The position numbers were made by a program, and so were the translations under genes. A model generated the notes under the pieces. That model was not told the origin of the DNA, did no database searches, and worked only from the letters and a program-made list of their open reading frames with translations. A stretch of 64,000 nucleotides of DNA from Nitrospirota bacterium (GTDB taxonomy: Bacteria > Nitrospirota > UBA9217), in assembly GCA_963790205.1 (NCBI GenBank), contig CAWBNQ010000005.1, positions 288,001 through 352,000 of the forward strand, read 5' to 3'. Positions 49,499 through 60,088 of the stretch are shown here, one piece after another (the stretch's first letter is position 1; each line of letters begins with the position of its first letter).

Positions 49499-51099
49499 CG
49501 GGCTGTTGCCCAAATGATATTGAGAAAGCCACTCAGTAATGCTATATTGCTGCGACGTCAATCACGACATCAGGAGCCAATAGCCATGATGGGATTGCAG
49601 CAACCGCCTCAAAGCAGCTTGTTCTATATCGGCATCAATATAGAAAAACGGGTTCGTGAGAACCATCCTTTGAGAAAAGTCAATACGCTGATCGATTTCA
49701 ACTTCGCCTATGACGAAGTCAAGGACTTGTACGGCAACAACGGCAACGTTTCAGTGCCACCACCAATTATCCTGAAACTGATGCTACTCCTGATCTTTTA
49801 TAATGTCCGCTCGGAGCGGGAGCTGATGGACACCCTGCCAGAGCGTATGGATTGGCTCTGGTTTCTCGGGTATGACCTTGATTCTGAAATTCCCAACCAT
49901 AGCGTGCTATCCAAGGCCCGCAAAAAATGGGGCCTCGATGTTTTTCAAAGGTTCTTCGAACGTATTGTTCTGCAGTGCGCGGAAGCCGGTCTTATTGACG
50001 GCCGCAAGATCTTCGTCGACTCCAGTCTGGTGGATGCAAATGCCTCCAACAGTTCGGTTCTCGATACCCGGAACCTGAAACATCAGTTGCACAAAAATTA
50101 TAAAAAGCTGGAAGCCCGCTTGGAAGAACGCACCGAAAGCACTGATCCTTCCAGGACCTACGAAAAAAAGAACAACCGCTATATCTCCACCACCGACCCG
50201 GACGCGGCCCTGGTGAACCGGGGGAAATCCAAACTTTCCTACCAAGTGCATCGGGCCGTTGACGGTAAAAAAGAAATCATCACTGCAACCGACGTAGCGC
50301 CCGGCGATGTGAACGAAGCCCATCTGATGCTTTCGCTGCTTGAGCAACACCACGCAACAACGGAAGTCGAGGCCGAAACGGTTGTTGCGGACAGTAAGTA
50401 CGGAACGATCGACAACTTCCTTGCCTGCCATGACAAGGGCATAAAGGCGCATATCCCGGATTTACGAGACGTGGCGATCAATCGCATAGCGAAAACCGAC
50501 ATCTTTATGGAAGATAGATTTTCCTATGATCCTGCCACCGACTCCTATATGTGCCCGGCAGGAACTCAGCTCAAGCCGAAGTCGCTGCATATAGCCAGAC
50601 AAAGCCGGGATTACGCAGCGCCCAGGAAAGTCTGCGCAGCGTGCCAGCTTAGAGAGCAATGCACGAAAAACAAGTCCGGCCGAACGATCAAGCGTCATCT
50701 CCGGCAGAATGTTCTGGAGCGCATGCGTGCAATCAGTCGATCAGCCAATGCACGGTACGACATCAAAACCAGACAACACCTGATGGAGCGATCCTTTGCC
50801 AGGGGCACCCGATACGGCTTCGATCAAGCACGCTGGCGAGGCCTTTGGCGAATGCGGGTCCAGGAATATATGACCTGTGCCATCCAGAACATGCAAGTGC
50901 TAATAGCGCATGCTTCCAAGCCGAAGAAAGCAGCTGCGGTACGGCTGCTCGTTGTTCAAAGAACAGTGGCAAAGGCTTTCGGATCGCTCATTTTGCATAT
51001 TCCCTCGAGACAGAACCGATATTGCCCGTCATTAGCTTAGACCTCTTTACGCATCAAGGCGCTTGATCGTTCGCGGGAAGTCCTTTGGGCAACAGCCCG
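49499..51099 (+). mobile_element. IS1182 family insertion sequence
   Basis: Perfect IR CGGGCTGTTGCCCAAA; TAAA direct repeat. Confidence 0.92.
49586..51040 (+). CDS. IS1182 transposase
   Basis: NHPLR, RSERELM, VDSS, TDPDA, ADSKYG, CPAG. Confidence 0.92.
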   Translation: MMGLQQPPQSSLFYIGINIEKRVRENHPLRKVNTLIDFNFAYDEVKDLYGNNGNVSVPPPIILKLMLLLIFYNVRSERELMDTLPERMDWLWFLGYDLDSEIPNHSVLSKARKKWGLDVFQRFFERIVLQCAEAGLIDGRKIFVDSSLVDANASNSSVLDTRNLKHQLHKNYKKLEARLEERTESTDPSRTYEKKNNRYISTTDPDAALVNRGKSKLSYQVHRAVDGKKEIITATDVAPGDVNEAHLMLSLLEQHHATTEVEAETVVADSKYGTIDNFLACHDKGIKAHIPDLRDVAINRIAKTDIFMEDRFSYDPATDSYMCPAGTQLKPKSLHIARQSRDYAAPRKVCAACQLREQCTKNKSGRTIKRHLRQNVLERMRAISRSANARYDIKTRQHLMERSFARGTRYGFDQARWRGLWRMRVQEYMTCAIQNMQVLIAHASKPKKAAAVRLLVVQRTVAKAFGSLILHIPSRQNRYCPSLA

Positions 51100-51189
51100 T
51101 AAAATACAGACTCTAATTAATTCCGGGTCCCCGACAGGAGCATTCCGGGATGACGGTCGTGAAGCGACCGATATTCTGGCCGGGATTTG

Positions 51190-53337
51190 CTATCCGGTCT
51201 TCACTCTCCTGACATCAAGGACCCCGTTGATCGAGGATATGTTCTTGATGACCTTGTTGAGGTGGTCGATGTCCTTGATGTCGATGGTGAAGTTGAGGGT
51301 CGCCTGCTTGTCCTCGCTGGTGATGGCCTCGGCGTGGGTAATGTTTGCCTCTGTTGCGCTGATCGACGAAGACACGCTGGCAAGGAGGCCGGGCTTGTCC
51401 TGCGTTCTGACCGATATTTTAACGGCATGGGCCCCAAGCTGAAAATCGCCCCAGGACACTTCAATAAGCCGCTCCTTGTCAAAGGTGAGTTCGCCGGCAT
51501 TGGGACAATCCACGGTATGGACGGAAACTCCCCTGCCCCGGGTAATGAATCCCAGCACCTTGTCTCCAGGCACGGGGTTGCAGCACTTGGACAGGTGAAT
51601 GAGCATATTGTCCATGCCGCTGATCTTCATGGCGCTGTTGGACGGCTTTGCGGGCTTTTGGGGTGGTTTTTTTGGGACGGGCTCGATATGCGGCCTGTCG
51701 GGCGCCAGCTTGTTCGCCACCATGTGCGCCGACACCTTGCCGTAACCGATGGCCGCGAGCAGGTCGTCGAGGGTATTATGCGACATGTCATTGGCCACCT
51801 TGAGAATCTCGTCCGACTTGAATATCCTGGAGGGGTTGAGCTCGTGCTTGCGGAGGTCTTTTTCGAGGAGTTCCCTGCCCAGGAGAATGCTTCTTCTGCG
51901 CTCTTCCGCCTTGAGCCATGCCTTGATCCTGGTCCTGGCCTTTGAAGTTTTGACGAACTTGAGCCAGTCGCGGCTCGGGGTGTGGCCGGCCTGGGTTATG
52001 ACCTCGATCTTGTCGCCGTTATGGAGAACGTGCTTGAGCGGCACGATCTTTCCGTTTACCTTGGCCCCGACGCAGTGGTGGCCTATGTCGGTGTGCACGC
52101 TGAAAGCGAAGTCCACCGGCGTTGACCCCTGCGGCAGTTCCTTCACGTCGCCGCGCGGCGTAAAGACGTACACCACGTCCGGGAAGAGATCGCCCTTGAC
52201 CGTGTCCATGAACTCCTTGGCGTCCGGAAGGTCCCGCTGCCACTCGAGGAGCTGCCGGAGCCACGCGAACTGCTGTTCCTCGCGCTGGCTGACAGCCGAC
52301 TTCTCTTTGTACCGCCAGTGGGCCGCGATGCCCTCCTCGGCGAGACGGTTCATCTCTTCGGTGCGGATCTGAAACTCCACACGCTCTCCCTTGGGGCCGA
52401 TGACCGTGGTGTGGAGCGACTGATAGAGGTTGGACTTCGGCACGCCGATGAAATCCTTGAACCGCCCGGGCACGGGCGTCCAGAGGGAGTGAATGAGCCC
52501 GAGGATGGCGTAGCAATTGACCTTGGTGTCGGTGATGATCCTGATCGCGATCAGGTCGTAGATGTCGTCGAAGGATATCCCCTGCTTCAGCATTTTCTGG
52601 TGGATGCTGTAGAAGTGCTTGGGCCGGCCTTTTACCTCGCCCTTGTACCCGTGCTCCGCGAGCTGGCCCCGCATGATCTCCATGAGTTCGTTGATGTAGG
52701 ACTCGCGTTCGACGCGGCGCTGGTTGACCTTCTGAACGAGGTCCCGGTATTCCTCGGGGTTGAGGTACATGAAGGAGAGGTCTTCAAGCTCGATCTTGAT
52801 CTTCGAAATGCCGAGACGGTTGGCGAGGGGCGCGTAGATATCGAGCGTTTCCTGGGCGATCCGCTTCTGTTTTTCCGGCGGAAGGGACTTGAGGGTGCGC
52901 ATGTTATGGAGCCGGTCGGCGAGCTTGATGAGAATGACCCTGATGTCCTTGGCCATGGCCACGATCATCTTGCGGAAATTATCGGCCTCGCGCTGCTCCC
53001 GGCTCTGGAGTTCCATGCGGCTGAGCTTGGTCATGCCGTCGACGAGCATGGCGACCTCGTCGCCGAACAGGGATTTTATTTCTTCCGGGGTAACGCTCGT
53101 ATCTTCGATGGTGTCATGCAGCAGGCCCGTGGCCACCGTGGCCGCATCGAGCTTGAGGTCGGCCAGAATGGCGGCCACTTCGATCGGATGGTTCAGATAC
53201 GCCTCGCCCGAGAGCCGGGTCTGTCCCTGGTGCGCCTTGGCTGAAAAAATGTAGGCCCGCCTCAGGAGATCGACATCGGCCTCCGGGTGATACTGCTGTA
53301 TCCGCTCGACTATGTCTTCAAGACGGACTGCCGGCAT
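51190..53337 (-). CDS. rel: Bifunctional (p)ppGpp synthetase/hydrolase (RelA/SpoT)
   Basis: LLHDTIED, KLADRLHN, YQSLHT, AAHWRYK; TGS and ACT domains. Confidence 0.97.
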   Translation of the reverse strand: MPAVRLEDIVERIQQYHPEADVDLLRRAYIFSAKAHQGQTRLSGEAYLNHPIEVAAILADLKLDAATVATGLLHDTIEDTSVTPEEIKSLFGDEVAMLVDGMTKLSRMELQSREQREADNFRKMIVAMAKDIRVILIKLADRLHNMRTLKSLPPEKQKRIAQETLDIYAPLANRLGISKIKIELEDLSFMYLNPEEYRDLVQKVNQRRVERESYINELMEIMRGQLAEHGYKGEVKGRPKHFYSIHQKMLKQGISFDDIYDLIAIRIITDTKVNCYAILGLIHSLWTPVPGRFKDFIGVPKSNLYQSLHTTVIGPKGERVEFQIRTEEMNRLAEEGIAAHWRYKEKSAVSQREEQQFAWLRQLLEWQRDLPDAKEFMDTVKGDLFPDVVYVFTPRGDVKELPQGSTPVDFAFSVHTDIGHHCVGAKVNGKIVPLKHVLHNGDKIEVITQAGHTPSRDWLKFVKTSKARTRIKAWLKAEERRRSILLGRELLEKDLRKHELNPSRIFKSDEILKVANDMSHNTLDDLLAAIGYGKVSAHMVANKLAPDRPHIEPVPKKPPQKPAKPSNSAMKISGMDNMLIHLSKCCNPVPGDKVLGFITRGRGVSVHTVDCPNAGELTFDKERLIEVSWGDFQLGAHAVKISVRTQDKPGLLASVSSSISATEANITHAEAITSEDKQATLNFTIDIKDIDHLNKVIKNISSINGVLDVRRVKTG

Positions 53338-53344
53338 AATTTAA

Positions 53345-53474
53345 TCAAGCTCCAAATTACAAGCGCCAAATTACAAGCAAATCCCAAGTTCCAAAACTCA
53401 AATATCAAACGTTTGAAGATTCGGTCGATGAGATTTGGAAATTATTCGGGATTTGACATTTGTTATTTGGAATT
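53345..53474. repeat. Degenerate heptamer-based palindromic intergenic repeat
   Basis: CCAAATTACAAG-type units facing TTTG..ATTTG-type units. Confidence 0.5.
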
Positions 53475-55226
53475 TTATTTTTCGATCTTGATGTCCCTTA
53501 TCTCCAGTTCCACCGCTGTTTTTCCGTTCCAGGCATTGATGCGGGGCGTGAATACCGCCGCCACCCGCAGCGCCGTCCCGCACCTGCCTGCCGAGCAGGT
53601 TTCCCCGCTTGAACGCGATGGCCTCGAGGGCCGTCCCGCCCCGGTCTCTGAGCCGGAGCTTCAGGTGGTTCTTGCCCACGATCCGCGAGGAAACCACTTC
53701 CAGGCCCCGCGCGCCGAGCCTCGGCTCCGGATTGCCCTGGCCGAAGGGCGCCAGCTTCTCCAGCTCCTGCATCAGCTCGCTTGTCAGCTCGCCAAGTTCC
53801 ACGGCGCCGTCAACGGACCAGCGTGCGCACAAAGCCTTGAGCGCCCACTGTCTCCATCACGAGCTCGCTCAGCCGCTCGCGGAACTGAAGGATCATCTCT
53901 TCTGCGATCGTAAACCCCGCGGCGTATTTATGCCCGCCGAACCCCAAAAGCAGGTCGGAACACCGGACCAGTCCATGGTAAAGATCAAAACCGGGAATGC
54001 TCCTTGCAGACCCCTTCCCAATGCCGTCCTTCACGCAGATGAGGGCCGTCGGACGGTAAAATTCCTCAACGATCCTCGAAGCAACGATCCCGATAACGCC
54101 GGGGTGCCATTCCGGTGAGGACAGGACGAACGCTCCGGTAACTGACAGGTCTTCGCGCCGGCAGGTCTGTTTTGCCTGTTCAGCGATATTCTCTTCAACG
54201 GACTGGCGCTCCCTGTTCACCTCATCGAGCGTGGAAGCAAGGTCCCGCGCCTCTTCCCGCGATTCGGTGACGAGCAGCCGGAAGGCGATATCGGCCCGTT
54301 CCAGCCTGCCGCTCGCGTTGATCCTGGGCGCAAGCGTGAATCCCACGTTGCCCACGCCTATTTTTTTCCCCGTCAGGCCGGAGATCTGCTTCAGCGCCGC
54401 GATGCCCGGGCGCTGCGATGTCTCATCCGTGGACAAGCCGGTCGAGTCCATGCTTTACGATCACGCGGTTCTCGCCGCTGATCTTGCCCACATCCGCAAC
54501 CGTGCCGAGGGTCACGAGATCGAGATACTGCGTCAAACGGACATCATCAGCGCTTACGCCCAAAAGGGCCTGCGCCAGCTTGTAGGCAATGCCGACGCCG
54601 GTAAGACCGCTCACCTGGTCGCGTAGTGCCGCCGGAGCGTCCGGCGCCAGGAGCGCAGGGTGAAGGACCGCGTACGCGTCGGGAAGGATGAAACGGCTTG
54701 AACCGTTTGAACTGGTCAAACCGTCCATCTCATGGTGGTCGGTTATGATCAGGTCCAGCCCGAGCGAACGGGCGACCTGTACCTCGCGCGCGGCGCTGAT
54801 GCCGCAGTCGACGGTAATGACGAGCCCTGCTCCGGACGCCTTGATCCTCTCCATGGCCCCGGGATTCAAACCGTAGCCTTCCGACATCCGGTCCGGGAGA
54901 TAACACTCCGCGTCCGCGCCCAGGCTTTTGAGCGCGAGATACAAAAGCGAGGCCCCGGTCACGCCATCGACGTCGTAGTCCCCGTAGACCGTGATCTTTT
55001 CACGGCCCGAAACCGCCTTTTGGACGCGGCTGACGGCCTGGTCCATCCCGCTGAAGACGGCCGGCCCGGAAAGCGAAGACAGCTCGCAGTCGAGAAACGC
55101 GCGCGCGGCAACGGGTTCGGTAATGCCCCGAATGACCATCAGCCGGGCGACCAGCGGGTGCAGGTCCGCGCTCTCCGCAAGCGCGGATATCACTGCCTCG
55201 TCAGACTCTGCGAGGACCCACTTCAT
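53475..55226 (-). CDS. recJ: ssDNA exonuclease RecJ, split by three frameshifts
   Basis: YGDYDVDG, EGYGL, TVDCG, TDHH, PRINASGR, GSARS, FGGH..AAG and APFGQGNPEP spread over consecutive frames. Confidence 0.93.
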
Positions 55227-55242
55227 GCGCTCGGCACCTCGA

Positions 55243-55425
55243 TCAGCCCTTGTTCTCCTTGTTCTCTTTTTTCGCTGGTTCTTCGTGAGAATCGGAAATG
55301 CCCTTCTTGAATCCTTTGATGGCCTTTCCCAGGCCTTCGCCCAGCTGCGGCAGCCTGTTCGCGCCGAAAATCACCAAAACGATTATCAGGATGACGATCA
55401 ACTCAGGCATTCCTAGTCCAAACAT
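55243..55425 (-). CDS. tatA: Twin-arginine translocase subunit TatA/E
   Basis: MFGLGMPEL...[22 protein letters not shown]. Confidence 0.92.
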   Translation of the reverse strand: MFGLGMPELIVILIIVLVIFGANRLPQLGEGLGKAIKGFKKGISDSHEEPAKKENKENKG

Positions 55426-55988
55426 GTTGCCTCCTTGTATTCTTCCGGCGTATTGAGATTGATAAACGACCGCCTTAGGGGATCAAGCCGGTCTATTTCT
55501 TCTTCCGTGATGTAGCGCACGCGGAGCCCTGTAAAAATATTCCGGATCCTCTGCTGTTCCCTTTTGATATGGTCCTCGATGACCGGCAGCAGACCTCGCC
55601 GATAAACGGCATGAAGAGGCTCGGCAAAGTCTCCGATCTTCGGAAGGACCGCGTCGTATTCCCCGGCCAAAGCAATCATGTACGAAAGCAGCCGTGGATT
55701 CAAAAACGGCATGTCGCAGGCGACAACCAGATTATATTCATCCGCGGAGCGGAGCAGGCCGGAATAGATCCCCGTGAGCGGACCCCGTTTATCGCAGGCG
55801 TCGGTGATAACCAGGGCGTCATATGACGCATAGGCCCCCGGAGAGTTGGTCACGATGATAATGCGCTCTACGCTCGTTCGGAGCGCCCTCAGGACATGCT
55901 CGATCATGGGTCTGCCGGCGACCGGGAGAAACGCCTTGTCAACGCCCATACGCCGATTTTCGCCGCCCGCAAGCACGATACCCGTCAT
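55413..55988 (-). CDS. mobA: Molybdenum cofactor guanylyltransferase
   Basis: LAGG..RRMG.DKA, GPLTGI, ACDMPF, EPLHAVY, NLNTPEE. Confidence 0.93.
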   Translation of the reverse strand: MTGIVLAGGENRRMGVDKAFLPVAGRPMIEHVLRALRTSVERIIIVTNSPGAYASYDALVITDACDKRGPLTGIYSGLLRSADEYNLVVACDMPFLNPRLLSYMIALAGEYDAVLPKIGDFAEPLHAVYRRGLLPVIEDHIKREQQRIRNIFTGLRVRYITEEEIDRLDPLRRSFINLNTPEEYKEATCLD

Positions 55989-56138
55989 GTTTAAAATTAC
56001 AGCATTTACCGGAGGGTGTCAACAAGGAACTTGAATTTTTTCATCGGGATAATGATAAAAAGGGCAACAATGAGGCCGTTAAAACAGGGCTGCCGGCATG
56101 AAAGGGGCGGTTAAAAACATTAAAACTAGAATTTTATG

Positions 56139-56167
56139 TTGACAGCTTTTTTTTTAAGCTTTATAGT
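56139..56167 (+). promoter_or_regulatory. Sigma70 promoter of leader ORF copy 2
   Basis: TTGACA-N17-TATAGT; ATG at 56175. Confidence 0.75.
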
Positions 56168-56174
56168 ACGATGC

Positions 56175-56459
56175 ATGAGATGGAAAGCCATCATTGTGTT
56201 GCTGGCGATCGTGCTCAGCATCGTCGTCCCTCCTTCATTGTCGCTGACGATTGCCGATGGCGGACATTCAATGATCGGAACTCTCGACGTCTGCCACTCG
56301 GCGACCCCTGCCCTGTCATCGAACGGCGACATGCCCTGTATGAACGAATGTCCATGCCATCCTCTTCCTTTAGCGCAGAACAAAGTAGCTGCAATCGCGA
56401 ATCCCCCTTTTAAACCTCTCTTAATCTCTTTTCAAGACGAACATCCTCCGAAACACTAA
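56175..56459 (+). CDS. 94-aa Cys/His leader protein ending EHPPKH (candidate arrest-peptide uORF), copy 2
   Basis: Colinear paralog of 6107-6391. Confidence 0.75.
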   Translation: MRWKAIIVLLAIVLSIVVPPSLSLTIADGGHSMIGTLDVCHSATPALSSNGDMPCMNECPCHPLPLAQNKVAAIANPPFKPLLISFQDEHPPKH

Positions 56460-56473
56460 TCCGTAGTTCAAAA

Positions 56474-56606
56474 CCGAAGTTGTGAGACTTCCTCCCCGGA
56501 AAAGGCATGCGCGTGCGTGTGCTTATTAAGCTCGACTCCGCTTCGGCAATATCCGTCATCGCTATCCGTTCTTACATGATATTTCTGAAGCGGAGTCGTC
56601 TTTTCT
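56474..56606 (+). promoter_or_regulatory. Conserved structured RNA, candidate attenuator, copy 2
   Basis: 56533-56546 pairs with 56585-56598 (14 bp, one G:U) followed by TCTTTTCT; CCGAAGT at 56474-56480 is an alternative partner. Confidence 0.62.
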
Positions 56607-56677
56607 GTCTCCGGGTGTCAATATATTTCAATGTTGTCAGTTAAAAACTATCCTAAATCGGAAGTTTATGATTATAG

Positions 56678-56917
56678 ATGAAGGCGGACAATGTCACGTT
56701 TCTCACGCCTGAAAGGGCCGAGCGGTGCGCACGGGTTGCCGCAACCATCGCGTACAAGACCGCAGAGATGCTCAATGCGTGGCACGCCGCGGGCGGCAAA
56801 TATACGCCGGTCAATAAGCGTTTGGCGAATGTGCTGAACAACGGCATTACGTCGCAGAATGATTGCACCGCGTGTCACGGGACCAACGTCCCGACGCCGC
56901 CGTCGGCCAAAAAGTAG
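56678..56917 (+). pseudogene. C-terminal remnant of split-Soret cytochrome c-like gene
   Basis: ERCAR...NGITSQNDCTACHG aligns with the C-terminus of 6688-7485. Confidence 0.8.
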
Positions 56918-56967
56918 ACCCCGGGTCCAAGACGGGCGGATTCACTTCCGCCCGTCTCTTAAAAATT

Positions 56968-57456
56968 ATGAAGATCATCGGCACACTGTTCCTGTTTCTT
57001 TTGTTGTTCCCCTTTGACGCTGACGCAGTCCAGGTCGGACAACCGGCGCCTGCATTCAGTTTAAAAGATATGAAGGGGAACGTTGTCACCCTTGAAAGCT
57101 TTAAAGGAAAGGTGGTCTTCCTCGATTTCTGGGCGCCCTGGTGTCAGTCCTGCAGAGAGGAGCTTCCGGACATCGATGCCCTGCATAAAAAGTATTCATC
57201 GCGCGGGTTCACGGTCCTCAGCATCTGCATAGAACGGTCCGCGTCCATGGTGAACAAGTATCTGCAGAAAAAGCCGGTCTCTTTTCCGGTCCTCGTCGAT
57301 ACAAAGGGCGAGGTTGCGGATACGTACCGTTTTCCCGGGCTGCCCGCCTCGTTTCTCGTCGGGAAGGACGGCGTAATCCGGCACAAACATATTGGCTATG
57401 GGAAAGAGTTTCTAAATATCTATGAGCAGGAAATAACCGACTTGCTGAATAAATGA
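56968..57456 (+). CDS. TlpA-like thiol-disulfide oxidoreductase
   Basis: Signal peptide, LDFWAPWCQSC, GLPASFLV. Confidence 0.9.
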   Translation: MKIIGTLFLFLLLFPFDADAVQVGQPAPAFSLKDMKGNVVTLESFKGKVVFLDFWAPWCQSCREELPDIDALHKKYSSRGFTVLSICIERSASMVNKYLQKKPVSFPVLVDTKGEVADTYRFPGLPASFLVGKDGVIRHKHIGYGKEFLNIYEQEITDLLNK

Positions 57457-57485
57457 TATCAATCGAACAGAGAGGAATACAAAAA

Positions 57486-59090
57486 ATGAAATCGATAAAA
57501 CCATATGTTCTTGGCCTGGTCCTGGCCTCCATGACGCTGCTGATAACGTCGTGCGGCGGCTCCGGCAGTGCCTCTCCGGCGGCGTACGCCGCATCCACAA
57601 CGATCACCGGTTCCGTGTTTGCAGCCCCTGTCGCCGGCGCAACGATTGTCGTATTGAACTCAAGCGGCACGGCCACCATTGCCGGCCCCGTTATGACGCA
57701 CAGCGATGGAACCTATAGCGTGAGCATTCCGACCGCGGCACTCGCCTCCGATCTTATATTCTCATCAAGCTCCGGGACCTTTACCGATGAGGCCACTGGC
57801 GATCAAACGCCCGCAGGGACCATGTCTGCATACGTGGAAGGCGGCACGCTGACCGCGGGCTTAAAGGTCCATCTTGATCCCTCATCGACTATTATCAATG
57901 GACTCGTGACAACTGGAACGGGCACCTCTTCCACGAATGCGAAGGCGACATTCAACACGGCTTTCGGCTACACGCCGGATACCTCTGTGGAGCCGATGAA
58001 CACAGCCCCGACCGGGACTACGAATGCCCCGAACCGTCTCGCCGCCTTGCGCGCTGCCGCATTCAGCAAACTGGTCCACGATCTCATACTCGGCCCGGAC
58101 AAACAGTTCGAGCTCATCGCAGCTATTACACAGGACCTTTCTGATGATGGTAAACTGAATGGATCAGCCGGATCACTGAACGGTACGCCCATCCCCGAGG
58201 ACATCGAGAACAAGTTCGAAAATGCCCTGGTAAGCTGGCTGACGAACACGACCGTCAATCTCACCGGACTGACCCCGGCTGATATCGCCCCGCTGCCGTT
58301 CGGCAAGGTCGCGTTGACCGATAACTACCGTGTCGAGTATATGCCTGGAATGATGGCGGCAACTGCGAGCAAAACTACTTTCAAACTCAAGATCACGAAC
58401 CGGAGCGACGGCTCTGCGGCAACGGGCCTGGCGGTGTCTCTGATGCCCATGATGCATATGGCCTCAATGGGCCATTCAACGCCCGTGGATTCTGTCGCCG
58501 AAGAAGGTGCCACCGGCATATACGATTGCACGGCCTATTACCTCATGGCTTCCGGAGCAGGCATGGGATATTGGGAACTGAAAGTTATCATCGGCGGCAT
58601 GATGGGCGAAACGGCGACCTTCTATCCTGCTGTCGGCATGGCCATGGGAAGCGACACGGTGCGCACGACGCTCTATGGCCCGGATGACATCGTGAGCAGC
58701 ATGAGCGGCACTCAGTACAACAAATACTATCTCTTCAGGGACGGCGCCGTAACCGCCGCAGCATCTAAGCTCGACCTGTTTATCTCCCACGCTGAAAGCA
58801 TGAATATGAACTTCGTACCCGTATCGGACGGATCGGTCTTGAGCAGTCCCACGGGAACGGTCACGTCGATGACCGTGCAGGCGTCCATGGACAGCGCGTT
58901 CAGCTCGCCGTTGACCGCTGTTGACAATGGGAACGGCCACTGGTCTGTCTCCCCTCTCTCCGGCCTGGTATCGGCGCAAACCACGACGATCTATGTCAAG
59001 CTTAACGTTAACAGCCAGGACAAGACCACGAACGGCGCTGCGGCCTCGGGATCGAATGCTTACGCAACGTTCATCGTAACGCCGCAGTAA
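57486..59090 (+). CDS. Lipoprotein with Met/His-rich YtkA-like segment (possible copper chaperone)
   Basis: LITSC lipobox; PMMHMASMGHSTP, YYLMASG..MGYWELKV. Confidence 0.6.
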   Translation: MKSIKPYVLGLVLASMTLLITSCGGSGSASPAAYAASTTITGSVFAAPVAGATIVVLNSSGTATIAGPVMTHSDGTYSVSIPTAALASDLIFSSSSGTFTDEATGDQTPAGTMSAYVEGGTLTAGLKVHLDPSSTIINGLVTTGTGTSSTNAKATFNTAFGYTPDTSVEPMNTAPTGTTNAPNRLAALRAAAFSKLVHDLILGPDKQFELIAAITQDLSDDGKLNGSAGSLNGTPIPEDIENKFENALVSWLTNTTVNLTGLTPADIAPLPFGKVALTDNYRVEYMPGMMAATASKTTFKLKITNRSDGSAATGLAVSLMPMMHMASMGHSTPVDSVAEEGATGIYDCTAYYLMASGAGMGYWELKVIIGGMMGETATFYPAVGMAMGSDTVRTTLYGPDDIVSSMSGTQYNKYYLFRDGAVTAAASKLDLFISHAESMNMNFVPVSDGSVLSSPTGTVTSMTVQASMDSAFSSPLTAVDNGNGHWSVSPLSGLVSAQTTTIYVKLNVNSQDKTTNGAAASGSNAYATFIVTPQ

Positions 59091-59107
59091 TCGTGAGACG
59101 GACACTT

Positions 59108-60088
59108 ATGAATAAACATATCATTAAACTTATCTGCGCGGCCCTCTTCGCGGGGGCCGCATGCCTCTTCTCTTCGAGCGTCTGGGCTGGTTCCTGCTGC
59201 GGAGGCGGGGGCGGAGCTGCCCTGGTCCTGCCGAAGTTCTATGAGAGCATGCTCGACGTCTCCTTTGATATGGAAAAATACGACGGTTTCTGGGACCAGC
59301 ACGGCAAATATACTCCGGACCCGCCAGGGTCCGACCTGCGGCAATACCGGATGAACGTCGGATATGCCTGGCGCCTTGCGCCACGCTGGCAGACCAGCAT
59401 CGCGGTCCCCTACATCTGGAACAATAATAAATATTCAGGCCTTACGTCCCGGACCGACGGCATCGGCGATACCACGCTGAACCTCTGGTATGAAGCTCTG
59501 GATGACATCTCGGCCTGGAAGATCCGGGAGGTGAAGGACCTGGCGCCTTCGATCACGATCGGCCCTTCCCTGCTCGTTCCTACCGGCATATCGCCTTATG
59601 ATAACGTGAAGAGCAGCTTCGATGTGACCGGCCGGGGATTTTACCGGCTCGACGGGAATGTCCTTATCTCGAAGACCCTCCATCCCTGGAGCGCATCCGC
59701 TGCCCTGAGCTATGGCACGTATTTCGAGCGCGCTGTCGACCGTGAGTACGGGAACTATGTCGAACCGTACCACAAAAAGCTGGGGGACCGCTCATCCGCC
59801 GCTGTTTCCGTGAACTATATCTATTACCTCGGGTCCGGCGGCGACACCCTGACCGGTACCGCGTCGCTGTCCCAGTTGCGGGAGGCGAACACGAGCTTCA
59901 ACGGCACACGGAGCCCGTCGAGCGGCATGCGCAAGGACGCTGTCACCGGGACCATCGCTTATTCAAGCACCGATCGCGATTGGGGCGTCAGGGCGTCATG
60001 GTGTCACGCGATCAAGCAGGACGGCTGGGGGGAGAACTTCCCGACCACGGACATCTACACGATAGGAGTCAATTATGGGTTTCGGTAA
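59108..60088 (+). CDS. Putative outer-membrane beta-barrel transporter with N-terminal CC motif
   Basis: Signal peptide then GSCCGGGG; DGIGD, PTG; C-terminal YGF. Confidence 0.65.
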   Translation: MNKHIIKLICAALFAGAACLFSSSVWAGSCCGGGGGAALVLPKFYESMLDVSFDMEKYDGFWDQHGKYTPDPPGSDLRQYRMNVGYAWRLAPRWQTSIAVPYIWNNNKYSGLTSRTDGIGDTTLNLWYEALDDISAWKIREVKDLAPSITIGPSLLVPTGISPYDNVKSSFDVTGRGFYRLDGNVLISKTLHPWSASAALSYGTYFERAVDREYGNYVEPYHKKLGDRSSAAVSVNYIYYLGSGGDTLTGTASLSQLREANTSFNGTRSPSSGMRKDAVTGTIAYSSTDRDWGVRASWCHAIKQDGWGENFPTTDIYTIGVNYGFR

